Of a DNA stretch of 64,000 bases, positions 29,549 to 38,062 are shown piece after piece. The stretch is from an uncultured Lentisphaerota bacterium (GTDB lineage Bacteria; Verrucomicrobiota; Kiritimatiellia; RFP12; UBA1067): positions 5,698 through 69,697 of the forward strand of contig ONRL01000038.1 of the NCBI GenBank assembly GCA_900320225.1, written 5' to 3'. The stretch's first letter is position 1, and each line of letters begins with the position of its first letter. Position numbers and translations under genes: made by a program. The notes below the pieces were generated by a model. The model was not told the DNA's origin. It saw nothing but the letters and a program-made list of their open reading frames with translations, and searched no databases.

Positions 29549-31981
29549 ATGCGGCTTCTGGCGGCCATCTTGCTGACTGCTGGGACGGCGTTCGGCGCGA
29601 CGGACGTGACGTTCCTCATGTGCTACAGTCCGCAGATCCTCCGCTTCACGGCGGCGCATCCCGAAATCCGTCCGTTCAAGTGGGGCGGCCTCACCCTCCC
29701 CGGCGGCGGCGGACGCGCCGCGTTCATGCTCGCGCTCGCGGGCGGCACGGCGCCGGACGTCTACAAGGCCTGGTTCCACATCCTGCGCCACGACATCGAC
29801 GAGGGGTTCTGCCATCCGCTCAACGAATGGCTCGGCGACGACGCGGACGGCGACGGCAAGCTCTCCGACGCCGAAGCGAAGTGGCCCGGCTGGAAGGACG
29901 TGCCGCAGCTCTGGCGTGACGTGGCGACGAAGGAGGGCAAGGTCTATGCCGTCCCCACGCCCGGCTTCGCCTATTACGGCATCGTCTACCGCAAGGACCT
30001 CGTGAAGGCGGCCGGCCTCGACCCCGAGAACCCGCCGCGCACGTGGGATGCGTTTGCCGACTGGTGCCGCAAGCTCACGTTCGCGGACAAGACGATCCCC
30101 GGTGCGACGGTGCAGCGCGGCCAGCGCGCGTTCGCGATCGAGAACCGTCCCTGGGGTTTCCTGCCGTGGGTGGGCGCGGCCGGCGGAGATGTGATTAGAA
30201 TGGGGAACGGGGAACGGGGAACGGGGAACGGGGAACGGGGAATGGGGAATGGGGAACAAACCTGGGAGGCGTGCTTTGATTCGCCGGAGTGTTTGCGCGC
30301 GGCGAAGTTTCTGCAGGGGCTGATCGCGGACGGCGTCGTGCGCGCGCTGCCGCAGCTTTCGATGTCGAACGAGGTCGCGGACATGTTCGTGAACGGCGAG
30401 ATCGTGAGCGTGTTCGGCGGCGAGGATCTCGTGGTGTACCTCACGGAACGGCTCAATTTCCCGTCCGAGCAGATCGGTCTCATGCCGTTTCCGGCGGCGG
30501 ACGAGAACTGTCGTCCGGTGCTTCAGGCGCACAAACACTTTTACGCGATGACGGAAGGCGTGGGGCGGCGTCCGAAAGAGGAGCGCGACGCGGTGTGGGC
30601 GTGCGTGGAGCAACTTGCGTCCGGCGAGGTATATGACGAGACGGTGCGCAAGAACGTGGCGGAGGGTCGTGCGCGGTGGTGTCTGCCGGCCGACCTCAAG
30701 CGCCTCGGTTTCGACGAACACCTCGCGGAGGTGCCGCCCGGCATCCGCCAGATGTACGACGACCTCGCGGCGGGTCGCATCCGCGCGGTGACGGAGCCGT
30801 ACATGGGGTTCTGGCAGGCGGCGAGCGATCTCGTGAGCCGTCGGTTCCTCGGCATCCTCCTCAGCGACGCGGGAAAGGACCTCGACTGCGCCGCCGCGCT
30901 GAAGTCGATCTCGGACGACGCGAACCGCGGGCTTATGTTCGATGCGGACAAGGAGCGCATTGAAAAGGCGCGTCCCGTGGCGCGCGTGGTGCTCGGCGTG
31001 CTGGTGATCTGCGTGCTCGCGTGTGTCTGGCTCGTCATCAAAGCGGGAGGGTCGCGCTCCTGCGCGACCGAAAAGTCGGGAGGGTCGTGCTTGTCGCGAC
31101 CTCTGAGTCGGCGGTTGCTCCCTTGGCTCTTTCTTTTACCCGCGATCGTTTCCATCGCGCTGTGGAGCTACTGGCCGCTCGTGCGCGGCGCGCTGATGGC
31201 GTTCCAGGACTACCGCATCGTGGGCGCGGGCACGTGGGAGGGGCTGGACAACTTCATCCGCGTGGCGTCCGACCCCGGCTTCTGGAAGGCGTGGGGGCGC
31301 ACGCTCCAGTACGTCGTGATCACGCTTGCGCTCGGATTCGTCTCGCCGATCATCCTCGCCTTGTTGCTGAGCGAGATTCCGCGCGGGAAGGTGTTCTTCC
31401 GCACGGTCTACTTCCTGCCGCATCTCACGAGCGCGCTCGTGGTCACGCTCATGTGGAAGATGATGTTCGATCCCACGGAGAACGGCATGCTCAACCAGGC
31501 GCTCGCGTGGTTCGGCGTGGGACGGCACGCCTGGCTGCAGGATCCGGCGTGGGCGATGACGTGCTGCATCCTGCCGGGCGTGTGGGCGGGGATGGGCACG
31601 GCGTCGCTGATCTACATCGCGGCGCTCGGGTCGCTGCCGCCGGACTACTACGAGGCGGCGGCGATCGACGGCGCGGGCATCTTCGCGCGTTTCCGGCACG
31701 TGACGCTGCCGCAGCTCCTGCCGCTCATGGTGATCAACTTCGTGGGCGCGTTCATCGCGGCGTTCCAGGGCATGGGATCGATCTTCCTCCTCACCTTCGG
31801 CGGACCGGGCGACGCGACGAACGTGCTCTCGCTCGTGATCTGGAAGGAGGCCTACAACAACCTGCGCTTCTCCACGGCCACGACGATGGCGTGGTTTCTC
31901 GGCACCGCCCTCATCGCGTTCACGTACCTCCAGATACGTTTCCTCCGCCGTGTCGAGTTCCGCCAGGCCGCCGCGAACTGA
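29549..31981 (+). CDS. Fusion: ABC-transporter solute-binding domain + TM linker + MalF/UgpA-type permease domain
   Basis: ATG at 29549 (MRLLAAILLTAGTAFGA signal). An SBP-like ~480 aa is followed by a TM helix (VVLGVLVICVLACVWLVI), a linker containing two H2 repeats, and a six-TM permease with the EAA motif (YEAAAIDGAGIFARFRHVTLPQL). Confidence 0.75.
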   Translation: MRLLAAILLTAGTAFGATDVTFLMCYSPQILRFTAAHPEIRPFKWGGLTLPGGGGRAAFMLALAGGTAPDVYKAWFHILRHDIDEGFCHPLNEWLGDDADGDGKLSDAEAKWPGWKDVPQLWRDVATKEGKVYAVPTPGFAYYGIVYRKDLVKAAGLDPENPPRTWDAFADWCRKLTFADKTIPGATVQRGQRAFAIENRPWGFLPWVGAAGGDVIRMGNGERGTGNGERGMGNGEQTWEACFDSPECLRAAKFLQGLIADGVVRALPQLSMSNEVADMFVNGEIVSVFGGEDLVVYLTERLNFPSEQIGLMPFPAADENCRPVLQAHKHFYAMTEGVGRRPKEERDAVWACVEQLASGEVYDETVRKNVAEGRARWCLPADLKRLGFDEHLAEVPPGIRQMYDDLAAGRIRAVTEPYMGFWQAASDLVSRRFLGILLSDAGKDLDCAAALKSISDDANRGLMFDADKERIEKARPVARVVLGVLVICVLACVWLVIKAGGSRSCATEKSGGSCLSRPLSRRLLPWLFLLPAIVSIALWSYWPLVRGALMAFQDYRIVGAGTWEGLDNFIRVASDPGFWKAWGRTLQYVVITLALGFVSPIILALLLSEIPRGKVFFRTVYFLPHLTSALVVTLMWKMMFDPTENGMLNQALAWFGVGRHAWLQDPAWAMTCCILPGVWAGMGTASLIYIAALGSLPPDYYEAAAIDGAGIFARFRHVTLPQLLPLMVINFVGAFIAAFQGMGSIFLLTFGGPGDATNVLSLVIWKEAYNNLRFSTATTMAWFLGTALIAFTYLQIRFLRRVEFRQAAAN
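30202..30257 (+). repeat. Heptanucleotide microsatellite (GGGGAAY) x 8 inside a CDS
   Basis: Eight contiguous units (five GGGGAAC, two GGGGAAT, one GGGGAAC) encode ..MGNGERGTGNGERGMGNGE... Confidence 0.95.
31045..31069. repeat. H2 hairpin repeat (variant arms)
   Basis: GGGAGG-GTCGCGC-TCCT-GCGCGAC, inside the SBP-permease linker (..GGSRSCAT..). Confidence 0.85.
31078..31101. repeat. H2-like hairpin repeat (variant)
   Basis: GGGAGG-GTCGTGC-TTGT-CGCGACC, 8 nt after the previous copy, inside the same linker (..GGSCLSRP..). Confidence 0.7.
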
Positions 31982-32102
31982 CGGCGGGGAATGCGCGGGG
32001 AATCGGATAAGACAACCATCCCGGGGACGACGAGACATTCATGAACGACGTCTACCATGCGAGTGACTAAATCAAACCACGCTCTTCAAGGTGCGTGGAC
32101 AG

Positions 32103-32131
32103 TTGACTTTGTGCCGAGGAGGTTGTATCAT
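32103..32131 (+). promoter_or_regulatory. Putative promoter of the U32 peptidase gene (TTGACT-N17-TATCAT)
   Basis: TTGACT 32103..32108 and TATCAT 32126..32131. ATG at 32160. Confidence 0.5.
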
Positions 32132-32159
32132 ACGTGCGCTTTGGCAAGGATAGGAGCAC

Positions 32160-33398
32160 ATGCACAAACCTGAAATACTCGCGCCGGCGGGGGACATGAC
32201 GTGTCTGCAGGCCGCGCTTGACGCGGGGGCGGACGCCGTGTATCTCGGGCTTGAGGCCTTCAACATGCGCGCGCGGGCTTCCGCGAACCTCACGCGCGCC
32301 GAGCTGCCCGAGGCGTCGCGCCGGTGCCGCGAACGGGGCGTGAAGCTCTACCTCGTCCTCAACACGATCGTGTTCGAGGACGAGCTGGCGGCGGTGGAGG
32401 ACATGATCCTTTTCGCGAAACCCTACGCCGACGCGTTCATCGTCTCGGACTGGGGCGTGATCGCGCTCTGCCGCAAGCACGGCGTGGCGTTCCACGTCTC
32501 CACGCAGATGAGCTGCTCCAACTCATCGGCGGCTACATTCCTCAAGGCGCAGGGCGCGTCACGCGTGGTGCTCGCCCGCGAATGCACGCTTGCCGAGGCG
32601 GCGCGGATTGCGAAAACGGCGGGCATCGAAATCGAGACGTTCGTGCACGGCGCGCAGTGCGTGGCGGAAAGCGGTCGCTGTCTGCTCTCGCACGACGCCT
32701 ACGGCTGCAGCGCGAACCGGGGCGAGTGCCACCAGCCGTGTCGACGCCGGTTCCTCGTGAAGGCGATCGACCGCTTCACGGACAAGGACGGCAACCCGAT
32801 CCACGACGCGGACGCCGAATTCACGGTGGAGCCGCATACGGTCCTCTCCGCGAAGGACCTCTGCTCGCTGCCGTTCGTGGACAAGCTGATGGCGGCGGGG
32901 ATCGCGAGCTTCAAGATCGAGGGGCGCGCGCGGAACGCCAACTACGTGAAGACCGTGACCGAGGCGTACCGCGAAGCGGTGGACGCCGTGGCGGACGGCA
33001 CGTTCACGCCCGAACTGGCCGAGCGGCTCGTGGAGAAGACGAAGACGGTGTTCCACCGCGAGTTCTCCACGGGGCTCTACTTCGGGCGTCCGGGCGCTGA
33101 CCAGTTCACGGACGCGGAGGACTCCGCGGCGAAGACGGTGAAGCGCCACGTGGGCGTGGTGATCGACTATTTCCTCAAGGCGCGGATCGCGCAGGTGAAG
33201 ATCCAGGACCATTCGGTGCGCGTGGGCGACGTGCTGCAGGTACACGGCCCCACCACGGGCGTGCAGGAGTTCCCCGTCGCCTCCCTCCGTCGTGACGACG
33301 AGGTGCCGGAGGTGGCCGAGAAGGGTACGTGGGTCACGTTCCCCGCGCCCCGTTGCCGCGTGGGCGACAAGGTTTTCTTCGTCGAGCGCAAAGGGTGA
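32160..33398 (+). CDS. Peptidase U32 family protein
   Basis: MHKPEILAPAGDMTCLQAALDAGADAVYLG.., ..VKLYLVLNTIV.. and ..ETFVHGAQCVAESGRCLLS.. are typical of U32 (YhbU/RlhA-like) proteins. Confidence 0.85.
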   Translation: MHKPEILAPAGDMTCLQAALDAGADAVYLGLEAFNMRARASANLTRAELPEASRRCRERGVKLYLVLNTIVFEDELAAVEDMILFAKPYADAFIVSDWGVIALCRKHGVAFHVSTQMSCSNSSAATFLKAQGASRVVLARECTLAEAARIAKTAGIEIETFVHGAQCVAESGRCLLSHDAYGCSANRGECHQPCRRRFLVKAIDRFTDKDGNPIHDADAEFTVEPHTVLSAKDLCSLPFVDKLMAAGIASFKIEGRARNANYVKTVTEAYREAVDAVADGTFTPELAERLVEKTKTVFHREFSTGLYFGRPGADQFTDAEDSAAKTVKRHVGVVIDYFLKARIAQVKIQDHSVRVGDVLQVHGPTTGVQEFPVASLRRDDEVPEVAEKGTWVTFPAPRCRVGDKVFFVERKG

Positions 33399-33494
33399 TG
33401 CGACATTTTTGTCGCATCGGACGCGATTTGGGGTTGCGCGCGGGGCGGGGGCGTGCGATAATAGGGGCGTTCTCGACCAGGAAAGGACATCGAC

Positions 33495-33956
33495 ATGAAA
33501 GAAATCGAAGGAAAGCTTGCGGCCAAGGGCCTGAAGATCGCGCTCGTGGCGAGCCGGTTCAACTCGTTCCTCGTGGAACAGCTGGTGAAGGGCGCGGCGG
33601 ACGCGTTCAACCGCCTCGGCGGCGACGCTGCGGGGCTCGTGCTCGTGCGCGTGCCGGGCGCCTACGAAATCCCGCTGACGGCGAAGAAGCTCGCCGCGTC
33701 GAAGAAGTTCGACGCCGTGGTGGGCCTTGGCGCGGTCGTGCAGGGGGCCACGCCCCACGCCGCGCTCATCAACGAGACGACGGCGCGCGCGTTCACGGAG
33801 ATCGCGCTCGAGACGGGCGTGCCGGTGGTGGACGGCGTGGTGAGCGCCGAGAACCTCGAGCAGGCGGTCGAGCGCTGCGGCACGAAGCAGGGCAACAAGG
33901 GCTTCGCCGCGATGCAGGCGGCGATCGAGCTCGCGAACGTCCTGAAGCAGATTTGA
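33495..33956 (+). CDS. ribH: 6,7-dimethyl-8-ribityllumazine synthase
   Basis: 153 aa. ..IALVASRFNSFLVEQL.., ..VPGAYEIPL.. and ..GAVVQGATPH.. match the RibH pattern. Confidence 0.9.
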   Translation: MKEIEGKLAAKGLKIALVASRFNSFLVEQLVKGAADAFNRLGGDAAGLVLVRVPGAYEIPLTAKKLAASKKFDAVVGLGAVVQGATPHAALINETTARAFTEIALETGVPVVDGVVSAENLEQAVERCGTKQGNKGFAAMQAAIELANVLKQI

Positions 33957-33987
33957 GAAAACAACTAAAGCAAAGAAGGAAAGTAAA

Positions 33988-35220
33988 ATGGCAGTTAAGA
34001 AAGTCGCGTTTCTGACGGCCGGCGGCCTCGCGCCGTGCCTCAGTTCCTCGATCGGGTTCCTGATCGACGCCTACACGAAGACGGCGCCGGACGTGGAGAT
34101 GATCGGTTACATCAACGGCTACATGGGCCTCCTGAAGGGCGAGTCCATCCCCGTGACGCCGGAGGTCCGCAAGAACGCCCTCATCCTCACGCAGCATGGC
34201 GGCAGCCCGATCGGCAACAGCCGCGTGAAGCTTACGAACGTGAAGGACTGCGTGAAGCGCGGCCTCGTGAAGGAAGGCGAGGACCCGCTCAAGGTGGCGG
34301 CCGACCAGCTCGTGAAGGACGGCGTGGACGTGCTGCACACGATCGGCGGCGACGACACGAACACGACGGCGGCGGATCTCGCGGCCTACCTTGCGAAGAA
34401 CAACTACAAGCTGATCGTGGTGGGCCTCCCGAAGACGATCGACAACGACGTCTACCCGATCAAGCAGTCCCTCGGCGCCTACACGGCGGCGGAGGAGGGC
34501 GCGCAGTTCTTCGCCAACGTCGTGAAGGAGAACAGCGCCAACCCGCGCTCGCTCATCATCCACGAGGTCATGGGCCGCAACTGCGGCTGGCTCACGGCGT
34601 TCACCGCGATCTACTATACCCGCATGCTCAAGCGCCGCATCAAGTTCCTGCCGGAGTTCGGCCTCACCCGCGAGCGCCAGTCGATCCACGCGGTGTACGT
34701 GCCCGAGTCGCGCGTCAACTTCGCGTCCGAGGCCGAGCGCCTGCGCAAGGTCATGGACAAGTACGACTGCGTGAACATCTTCGTGAGCGAAGGCGCCTGC
34801 GTGAAGGAGATCATCAAGGAGATGAAGAAGCGCGGCGAGGACGTCCCGATGGACGCCTTCGGCCACCCGCGCCTCGACAAGGTGAACGTGGGCCAGTGGT
34901 TCGCGAAGCGCTTCGGCGAACTTCTGGGCGCGGAGAAGACCCAGGTGTTCAAGAGCGGCTACTACGCCCGCTCGGCCGCGCCGTGCAAGAAGGACCTCGA
35001 TTTGATCAAGGCCTGCGCCGAGAAGGCCGTCGAGTGCGCCCTCGCGGGCGTCGGCGGCGTCGTGGGCAAGGACGAGGAGAACCACAACGAGCTTCGCGCG
35101 TGCGAGTTCGACCGCATCAAGGGCGGCAAGCCCTTCAACGTGCGCAACTCGCGCTTCCGCAAGCTGCTGTCCGCCATCGGCCAGCCGCGCCCGCGCAAGA
35201 CCCGCGTTGTGAAGAAGTAA
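33988..35220 (+). CDS. pfp: Pyrophosphate-dependent 6-phosphofructokinase (PfkA family, PPi type)
   Basis: ..FLTAGGLAPCLSS.., ..IGGDDTNT.. (Asp instead of Gly) and ..LPKTIDNDV.. (Lys instead of Gly) are the residues associated with PPi dependence. ..MGRNCGWL.. also present. Confidence 0.85.
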   Translation: MAVKKVAFLTAGGLAPCLSSSIGFLIDAYTKTAPDVEMIGYINGYMGLLKGESIPVTPEVRKNALILTQHGGSPIGNSRVKLTNVKDCVKRGLVKEGEDPLKVAADQLVKDGVDVLHTIGGDDTNTTAADLAAYLAKNNYKLIVVGLPKTIDNDVYPIKQSLGAYTAAEEGAQFFANVVKENSANPRSLIIHEVMGRNCGWLTAFTAIYYTRMLKRRIKFLPEFGLTRERQSIHAVYVPESRVNFASEAERLRKVMDKYDCVNIFVSEGACVKEIIKEMKKRGEDVPMDAFGHPRLDKVNVGQWFAKRFGELLGAEKTQVFKSGYYARSAAPCKKDLDLIKACAEKAVECALAGVGGVVGKDEENHNELRACEFDRIKGGKPFNVRNSRFRKLLSAIGQPRPRKTRVVKK

Positions 35221-35242
35221 ACATCAGCCGGAGTTCAAGAAA

Positions 35243-35923
35243 ATGGCAGAAGAGAAAAAGCCGCTGACGCGCGGCGTCGTGATTGAGTTCGACTTCACGG
35301 CCATCGACGGGGGCCAGATCCTGTTCGAGACCGCACAGAAGATCCTCGCCGCGAAGGGCGTGGACCTCACGATCAAGCTGGAGGCCCTGCACCTCTCCGG
35401 AGGCAACTACCAGGGCGGGCTCGCCGAGCTGTTCCGCGCGCTCGACAAGAAGTGCGACGCCGCCGCGACGGCGCGCGACCTGCACGACGCGTTCGGCAAG
35501 GCGCTGACCGCGAAGGCCGTCGCCGCCGTGACGCCCGGCCTCAAGGCCTTCATCACCGCGCTGGTGGAGAGGGACGTGAAGGTGGTGATCGCAACCCGCT
35601 CGGACCTTGAGACGCTCCGTCCCGCGTTCGAGGGCTTCGACCCCGAGAAGGTTGTCCTCTACGCCGAGCCGTCGATGACGTACGGCAACGGCAAGTGGGA
35701 TGCCTGGCGCCGCGCCTGCAGCCAGAACGGCCTCGTGGACGTCCTGACGGTCGGCGTGACCGGCAGCGGCAAGGGCGTGAAGTCGGCTCTCGTGGCCGGC
35801 ATGAGCGCGATCGCCATCCTGCACGACCATGTGGCGTACCAGGACTTCGGCGGCGCCGACGTGGTGGTGGACTCCTTCAGCGCGAAGCTCGCCGACGAGG
35901 CGTTCCGCATGCTGCACATGTAA
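35243..35923 (+). CDS. HAD-like fold protein with degenerate catalytic motifs
   Basis: ..VVIEFDFTAIDG.. aligns to HAD motif I but reads FDFTA rather than FDxDG. ..VVIATRS.. is motif II-like. ..GVTGSGKGVKSALVAGM.. aligns to motif IV without the acidic residues. Confidence 0.5.
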   Translation: MAEEKKPLTRGVVIEFDFTAIDGGQILFETAQKILAAKGVDLTIKLEALHLSGGNYQGGLAELFRALDKKCDAAATARDLHDAFGKALTAKAVAAVTPGLKAFITALVERDVKVVIATRSDLETLRPAFEGFDPEKVVLYAEPSMTYGNGKWDAWRRACSQNGLVDVLTVGVTGSGKGVKSALVAGMSAIAILHDHVAYQDFGGADVVVDSFSAKLADEAFRMLHM

Positions 35924-35925
35924 CG

Positions 35926-36726
35926 ATGACAGGCATCGAAAGACTGCATTCCATCATGGTCCGTCTCCGCGATCCGGAGACGGGCTGTCCGTGGGACCGC
36001 GTGCAGACGCTGTCTTCCCTCAAGCCCTGTCTGCTGGAGGAGACGTACGAGCTCCTGTCGGCGATGGACCGCCCGGAGGACCGCGCGAACTACGTGGAGG
36101 AGCTCGGCGACGTGCTTCTCCAGATCATGTTCCAGTGCGTCATGGCCGAGCAGGAGGGGACCTTCTCGTTCGACGACGTGGCAAACGCGATCTCGGACAA
36201 GCTCGTCCGCCGCCATCCGCACGTGTTCGGCGACGTCGTGGCGAAAGACCCCGCGACCGTTCTGAAGAACTGGGAGCAGATCAAGCAGCAGGAGCACAAG
36301 AAGGAGACGCGGCACAGCGCGCTCGACGGCGTGCCCGCCGCGCTTCCCGCGCTCCTGAAGGCCCAGCGCACGGCCGAGAAGGCCGCGCGCGTGGGCTTCG
36401 ACTGGAAGGACGCCTCCGGCGTGGTCGACAAGGTCAACGAGGAACTCGGCGAATTGCGCGAGGCCGTGGCCGAACGCGCGAGCGAGAACCCGGAAGATTC
36501 CGTCCACGTGAAGGAGGAACTGGGCGACCTGCTCTTCGCCGTCACCAACTACGCGCGCCACCTCAAAGTGGACGCCGAGAGCGCGCTCGAGGGCACCACC
36601 GCGAAGTTCGCGCGGCGCTTCCGCGCCGTCGAGGCTGCCGCGAAGGCGCAGGGACGCGACCTCAAGTCGATGACGCTCGCCGAGATGGACGCGCTGTGGG
36701 AAGCGGCGAAGAAAGATGAAAGTTGA
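35926..36726 (+). CDS. mazG: Nucleoside triphosphate pyrophosphohydrolase MazG
   Basis: ..CPWDRVQTLSSLKPCLLEETYEL.., ..EELGDVLLQI.., ..RRHPHVF.. and a second EELGDLLF repeat give the tandem MazG-domain layout. Confidence 0.9.
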   Translation: MTGIERLHSIMVRLRDPETGCPWDRVQTLSSLKPCLLEETYELLSAMDRPEDRANYVEELGDVLLQIMFQCVMAEQEGTFSFDDVANAISDKLVRRHPHVFGDVVAKDPATVLKNWEQIKQQEHKKETRHSALDGVPAALPALLKAQRTAEKAARVGFDWKDASGVVDKVNEELGELREAVAERASENPEDSVHVKEELGDLLFAVTNYARHLKVDAESALEGTTAKFARRFRAVEAAAKAQGRDLKSMTLAEMDALWEAAKKDES

Positions 36727-37585
36727 GGTCATAGAGCCTCATGGTTTTTGCATGGGTGTGAGGACGGCCGTCGAGAAAGCCTCTCGCACCCTTTCGCTTT
36801 CTTCTGGGAAGGCCGTTTACTGCCTCCACGAACTCGTGCACAACGAGCAGGTCGTGGCGGACCTGAAGGCGCGGGGTCTGCGGTTCGTGGAGTCGCTGGA
36901 CGAGGTGCCCGACGGCGCGACCGTGCTGTTCAGCGCGCACGGCGTGGCGCTTGCGGTGCGCGCGGAGGCGCAGCGGCGGGAGCTCGCGGTGGTGGATGCG
37001 ACGTGTCCGTTCGTGGCGCGCGCGCACCGCGCCGTGCGCGATTTCGCCGCGCGCGGCGTGCCGGTGGTCGTGGTGGGGCGGCCCGAGCACGCGGAAGTGC
37101 GCGGCGTGATGGGGGCGTGCGACGGCGCGCGCGTTGTCAGCACGCCGGAAGAAGTGGCGGCGTTGCCTTTCCCCGATGGCCCCGTGGGGGTTGTGTGCCA
37201 GACGACATTGTCGTCTGGGACCGTACGTACCGTGCTGGACGCGTTGCGCGCGCGCTATCCGCATCTGGAGACGCCTCCGGCGGCAGACGTCTGCACCGCG
37301 ACGCGCGATCGGCAGCGCGCGGTGGCGGACTTCGTGTGCGGCGGCGGCGACGGCGTGCTCGTGCTTGGCAGCATAGGCAGCTCGAACACGAACCGGCTCG
37401 TGGAGGTCGCCCGGGCGGCGGGTGCCGCGTTCGCGGCGCGGGCGGGGACGCTTGAGGAGATACGTGCGCTTGATTTCGCGGGCGTACGCCGCCTCGGCGT
37501 CACGGCGGGCGCATCCACCCCCGAGGATTTCTTCCGATGTGCCGTCGCCGCGCTTAATGGGCAGCGGAAGGGTTCGCGTGTCTGA
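36716..37585 (+). CDS. ispH: 4-hydroxy-3-methylbut-2-enyl diphosphate reductase
   Basis: ..GFCMGVRTAV.., ..HELVHN.., ..SAHGV.., ..DATCPFV.., ..VCQTT.. and ..GSSNTNRL.. are IspH/LytB hallmark blocks including the three Cys ligands. Confidence 0.9.
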   Translation: MKVEVIEPHGFCMGVRTAVEKASRTLSLSSGKAVYCLHELVHNEQVVADLKARGLRFVESLDEVPDGATVLFSAHGVALAVRAEAQRRELAVVDATCPFVARAHRAVRDFAARGVPVVVVGRPEHAEVRGVMGACDGARVVSTPEEVAALPFPDGPVGVVCQTTLSSGTVRTVLDALRARYPHLETPPAADVCTATRDRQRAVADFVCGGGDGVLVLGSIGSSNTNRLVEVARAAGAAFAARAGTLEEIRALDFAGVRRLGVTAGASTPEDFFRCAVAALNGQRKGSRV

Positions 37586-37612
37586 GCGTCTGATTTTTTT
37601 GAATTTTCCCCC

Positions 37613-37641
37613 TTGCGTGGACGGCGAAGGTCTGATATACT
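37613..37641 (+). promoter_or_regulatory. Putative promoter of the tRNA cluster (TTGCGT-N17-TATACT)
   Basis: CCCCCTTGCGT..TGATATACT. The first tRNA starts at 37667. Confidence 0.55.
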
Positions 37642-37666
37642 ATTTGCCGTTTTCACGACACCAAGT

Positions 37667-37742
37667 GCGAGCTTAACTCAGTTGGTAGAGTGCCACCTTG
37701 CCAAGGTGGTTGTCGAGGGTTCGAGTCCCTTAGCTCGCTCCA
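37667..37742 (+). tRNA. tRNA-Gly (anticodon GCC)
   Basis: Manual cloverleaf: acceptor GCGAGCT/AGCTCGC, D arm ACTC..GAGT, anticodon arm CCACC-TTGCCAA-GGTGG, T arm GAGGG-TTCGAGT-CCCTT, encoded CCA. Confidence 0.9.
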
Positions 37743-37768
37743 TTCATGGGGTTGTGGAAGCCGTGAAT

Positions 37769-37844
37769 GGGAGCATAGCTCAGCTGGTAGAGCAAGTGAC
37801 TCTTAATCACTGGGTCGTGGGTTCGAATCCCTCTGCTCCTACCA
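37769..37844 (+). tRNA. tRNA-Lys (anticodon CTT)
   Basis: Acceptor GGGAGCA/TGCTCCT (G-U at 1:72), D arm GCTC..GAGC, anticodon arm AGTGA-CTCTTAA-TCACT, T loop TTCGAAT (one T-stem mismatch), encoded CCA. Confidence 0.85.
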
Positions 37845-37859
37845 TTCATAAGCGGTTGC

Positions 37860-37935
<76 letters not shown>

Positions 37936-38003
37936 ATTCCTGCCAATGCTTGCCGGAGGGTTCGGCGTTTGGCATTTCTCCATCTAAAAAGCTTGAATCG
38001 GGA

Positions 38004-38032
38004 TTGCGGACGGGGCGCGATTTTGGTATCAT
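38004..38032 (+). promoter_or_regulatory. Putative smc promoter (TTGCGG-N17-TATCAT)
   Basis: TTGCGG 38004..38009 and TGGTATCAT with TATCAT at 38027..38032. ATG at 38063. Confidence 0.5.
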
Positions 38033-38062
38033 ACGTGCTTTAGGAAACCAGCGTCTTAGGCA

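Noticed and set aside
33397-33418. Hairpin GATGCGAC-ATTTTT-GTCGCATC overlapping the U32 stop codon, considered as a terminator.
   Set aside because: No T-run follows the stem, because the Ts lie in the loop. This is insufficient for a confident intrinsic terminator call.
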